From assembly GCA_030704615.1 (NCBI GenBank), contig CM060732.1, forward strand, positions 9,610,001-9,674,000: DNA of 64,000 nucleotides, read 5' to 3'. A program made the translations under genes and the position numbers. The DNA is from Takakia lepidozioides (Eukaryota > Plantae > Bryophyta). Positions 59,703 through 64,000 of this stretch are shown in pieces (the first letter of the stretch is position 1; each line of letters starts with the position of its first letter). The notes under the pieces were generated by a model, which was not told where the DNA came from, did no database searches, and was given only the letters and a program-made list of their open reading frames with translations.

Positions 59703-62700
59703 TCATTGCACAGCCGACGAATTGATGTGAATTACACATTTCAAATCATGGTCATCCACATACCACATTACATAGTTCATGCTACCCATGTGTTGTATCC
59801 CGCTGCAAATAGTATCGACCTCGTTGAAACTCATAGTGGCCTGGTGAATGAAGTTGTCACGTTTGGGATCGCAAACCATCCTCCTCAAAAATATGAAATA
59901 CAAATGTTTGCAGGGTATGAATTTACCTCTCTTGCCCAAACTGGTTGATAGCATATTCACAAAATCAGGACATGTGCAATTGGGGAAATTGGAAACCGTG
60001 ATGTCGTAGGTCCTGTCATGAACAGCAGATGTGGAAGTGATGATTGTGAATACCCGACCATATCCTGGATCGGGTACTTCCGTGGTGCTTCCGACACGAG
60101 CTTGGAGCATTCTTGCGGACTCCACTTTGCCAAAGTGTTCAGCGGTTGGAGGAAACGCCGAACGAGCTTTCCATCTCGTTTGGTTGGCCACAAGTCAGGA
60201 TTTGCCAGGGGGACCCGCGGAGACGCAGAAGTAGTAGCACATGCATGGAGTTGGGGTTGTCTCGCAGGGAAAAACCTGCCTCCTCCAGCATTTCAATCTC
60301 CAAAGCTGAGATGTGTTCCCACCTTCACGGGCCAAAGGTTGGAGGAGATGGCTTCATCACTACGGAAGGACGCACAGTTCCATGCACACATCTGGCACAA
60401 TCATCTGTGCAGAACCAGAACTTGTGTTTCTTGGCTTCTGGTTGACCGTATGGACGCATCAAGCCCGTGAAAGTCGGAGCAGGAGTTCGGGCACCACCTC
60501 TGGATATAGATGAAGTGCACTTCTCGAAATTAGTTGCCCTGATCGCTGTACATTTCACACAGACCCGACACTTGTGCGTTCTATGTGCCAAACGTGTCGG
60601 GGCATGCGGACTCAAGCACATCAAGGGGTTGTTTCTCTCTCTCCTGCAACCATTCAGTGGCACGGTTTGATGCTGGAGCTTGCCGTCGTGTTGGAGGTTC
60701 CTCCACAATGGAGGTTCCGGGACATGAGCTGTCATGCAGGGGAACACGAGGCTTCGAGAAGTTATCACGGTCTGCCCTGTGGGAATCTGAATCCGAACCA
60801 GGTGGAGTGTTCAATTTCCTCTTACAGGAGCCGAATCTCTCCTCCCCTTCAAGATGGGGAACTCTAGAAACAAGTGGCGTTCCCTGGGCATACATGCTCA
60901 CCGCCCGTGCTATCTTGATTGGATCCCCAGATCTTTTGCAGCACGCAACATCAACTCCCATTTGTCCCGGACCCTTGCCACCAACCCCACCTCGTAAGAA
61001 ATCACGGTATCGGGTTTGTTGTTGCAAGGCACGTATCAAATCATCTGTTGTTGCCACATACAAATCCCTAATCCCGACCTCGTTTCCCAGACTGCTGCAA
61101 CCATGCATTGTGCACAGTTTCTTCTGCCAAATTGCAAGATGGCATGTCCGCCATTTCCTCAATGGACATGTTCTGCAAAGAGGATAACCACACTTCAAAA
61201 TAGTGCACAGGAAACAACATAAAAGAAAGCAATGAGTCAAAATATGGAAGCAAATGTATGAATAAAGCATGAAATAGAAGCCTCGTACCATTGTCATGGC
61301 TGCTCCCCACTGTCTATACCGGAAGTGCCAAAACGCCAGCCAATCTTCCAATGCTCTCATACTCTCAAGTGATGCAGCTCCAGAAGAGAACCACCAGGCA
61401 CGAATTGTCTGGAACAAAGTGTCCGCCTCCTTCATTGTTCTAGCATCTTTGTACTCTTTGCACAATTTACGGTGCTGAGTCTGCATCTCTGGTTTTGATG
61501 TCCGACTTTGTATGTTTTTCCAGAGATTGTGTCCAATGGAATAGACATGTACGCTCTCTTCCTGGCATAGGCACTTTGGGTCGCCCGATCCGAAGACAAT
61601 ACGAACAGCATTGAAATTTGCTTGAGCACTATCCGCCATGAAACCTGCGAAATTTGGAGATGGCAGCCCATGGCAGCCCATGACACGTATCAGGGAATTC
61701 CACATGAGCTTCTGGGATTCCGTATCCTCGGATTGCATGTCACAAACTGCAATTGTCATAACTCGTTGGTACACTGGATCGTAGACATGACAAGCCATTG
61801 TCGTCCAATCCTTCACTCGTTTCACATGATCAAACATAAGAAACAGTTCTGCAAGTCCCCAGTCTTCTGCATCCGCTTCACGAGGCTAACCCCACTGCCC
61901 CTCCCCAACAGTCGACATTTTGAAAAGAAAAACTTTGATGGCACCTTTACCTGGGAATACATTGTCCTGGATGTAATCGTACTTGCTCACTCGTTTCAAT
62001 TCCAAAATATTGTCTATGTAGCCTCTGATCCCAGAGCCCATTCTCAATGCATTGATCTGATGCCGAATGTTAGGTGAACTTAAAGTGGAGAAATGATCCA
62101 TGACCAGGTCCAATGCTGCACCGTCAAGTTTAGTCCCCACAGAATCTCCTTCACTCAAAATATGGCTTTCCAAGAAGGACTTGCTTGCGCCAAGAGCAAT
62201 TGCAGATGTTGTTGCGGATGGGTTTCTCCCGAACTCCTGTTTGATCAACCTCGATACTGTCTCAACACTCTCCCTGTAATCCCCCTTCGAGACAGGATGG
62301 TTATGGAATCCAAAATGCACACGCTCTCGTCATTGTATTCAAACGGTGACAACATAGTACATTCTTGCTCCGCAGAGCGCCAAGCAGGATGCACAAGTTT
62401 GCAGAATTTGCAGACGAAAGTGTTTGCCGGTGGAGGGGCAGTCCCAGGCTGAAATGGATTTTCCGCCAGACCCTCCCATTCGCTTTGATTATGAACCCCA
62501 GACTGAAGAAAGTGTCTGCAATTCAAATTATCACACCTAAGGTGTCCATTGCAAACTGTCCTCCTGAAAACACAGCTTGTCATCATTCTGAATATTGGAT
62601 GTTTTTGTTCTGCACCACGGGTGCCCGTCGTGTTTCTTGTCCATTCCATGCATCATGATTGTTACACCTCCAACTCGCGGAGGAGGAGGCAGCTCGAATA

Positions 62701-63297
62701 GGATATCGCCATCAAAAGTCTCCGGCAAGAACTTCACAGGCACCTGCTTCAAAGATTCCCAATCAATTCCCCGCAACTCACTTTTGAATCCAGCCATTCC
62801 TCCCATCGCCCGCAATTTTGGAATGACACTACAAATCTCTTCTTCATCAGCTTCTGCAACCACAGTAGGAAGGACTGGATTTGGAATTTCACTTATGTCA
62901 TCATCGGAAGAATCCGAAAGCTCAACGATTGGAGTGGAGGAAGTCTGTTCTTTTTTTCACCACCACCCCCTCTTGTCTTCAACGACCGAAGCAGCAGTCC
63001 CGGGCGTCACATATGACCCAAGGGACTTTCACCGAGGCTCTCCAAGTACTCTGTATCGACCAGGACGCACTCTCCACTGGCTGATATGAGCCGTCTCATC
63101 ACGGTTTTGGAAAGAAATTTCACCAATTTCCCTTTCAGATCGTAAACCTCTTTCTCCAAAAAGATGGAGCCATTCTGCAGCTGAAAACGGGTAGCCAAGA
63201 CATGTTCCAGAACAATTGCAAATCCATTGTCAAGGACTTCCTGGGAGAACGGCACTGGTTTGTCGTCTGAGAAGAACTCCGCTTCAGAGGAAGCCAT
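59703..63297 (-). pseudogene. Near-full-length GCM-MULE-SWIM transposase (element C), frameshifted as assembled
   Basis: GCM-like GHPW..RRTVCNGHLRCDNLNC..CKFC..LC..GFHNHP. DDE region MFDHVKRV, FMADSAQANFNAV, CLFHW, CNLAE. Intron ~61173-61288 (GT-AG). SWIM YDITVSNFPNCTCPDF..PCKHLYFIF. Confidence 0.9.
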
Positions 63298-64000
63298 CTT
63301 CCTTCCTCGAGTATGTTTGTACCTTGCTATCGCAGATCTAGTGTAAATCGGTTTACTGCTGTCTCCAGAACACAGTTGAAGAATGAACAGAGAATATGGC
63401 GGAGGAAGCTCAGATAACGACTGTGCATATTCTGTTATTCATTCCAGATATGCAGCCGTCCATTTTAATTACTTTTCTTGTGGGCCCAGTGGTCAGAGTA
63501 TCCCTAGGGGCAGTGTCGGCAACTGTTAAAACCCGTTAATCAGAACCTCATCAATAAACCCAATAACAAAGCCGACTTCCTGGAAGCATGCCACAGGATC
63601 TGAGAATGGGATTGCAGATTAAGTAAATGTATCTATATACTACTACCAATGATCATGCGCACCTGGAAAGTTCCAAATGTGAAACGAATGTGGGGTTTGG
63701 CTAACAAGGATAACCGTGTATGATATTCCAAAATTTGTCATCAAACTCTCGTTCATTTATATTTATTTGTTTAAGACTGCGCATCAATTTCTAGGATTCG
63801 CTGTTCTTTTTAAATATTGAACCCGTTAATAAAGAAACACGCCGTTTTTTTGGGCGGCACACGTCAGACATCCATAACTGAATACGAACAGTTGTACACC
63901 ATTGCTGGCATGTGCACTAATAAGGAAACGACTATGTGTAACTGTCACGCGGGAGGGAATCCGATGCTTCTAGAGACACGCAAGAACGCAGGCAATCCCG

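Noticed and set aside
53200-63300. Dense frameshifts as programmed recoding
   Set aside because: Scattered 1-2 nt indels, often in homopolymers, fit decay or low-quality consensus. The element C transposase could be intact in reality.

Overview
Eukaryotic, transposon-saturated window with no recognisable host gene. It most likely comes from a non-seed land plant (inferred from the retroelement types and spliceosomal introns). There are two 500-N gaps (14251-14750, 47751-48250). Two kinds of element are nested in each other. (1) Non-chromovirus Ty3/gypsy LTR retrotransposons (Athila/Phygy-like) with a tRNA-Arg-type PBS, an extra 5' ORF and a long extra 3' ORF. These comprise one near-complete copy (14751-35655, minus), two damaged copies, a sister family, and a separate integrase-PHD remnant. 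(2) Mutator-like DNA transposons with the terminus GGGGGCTGCTATTTCATGAGC and a 9-bp TSD. Their cargo is the most striking signal: a GCM-zinc-finger/MULE/SWIM transposase; a ~10-exon, ~1500-aa gene fusing a ParB/Srx-type domain (VWDGNHRLLAW) to a beta-class N4/N6 DNA methyltransferase fold, in two diverged subfamilies with conserved intron positions; dense arrays of a subfamily-specific 22-26 bp palindrome (GGAAATTCGGCGCCGAATTTCC versus GGAAATGCGGCGCCGCATTTCC); and, in one subfamily, a head-to-head pair of unknown paralogous genes. All domain calls are by eye from motifs; no searches were run.
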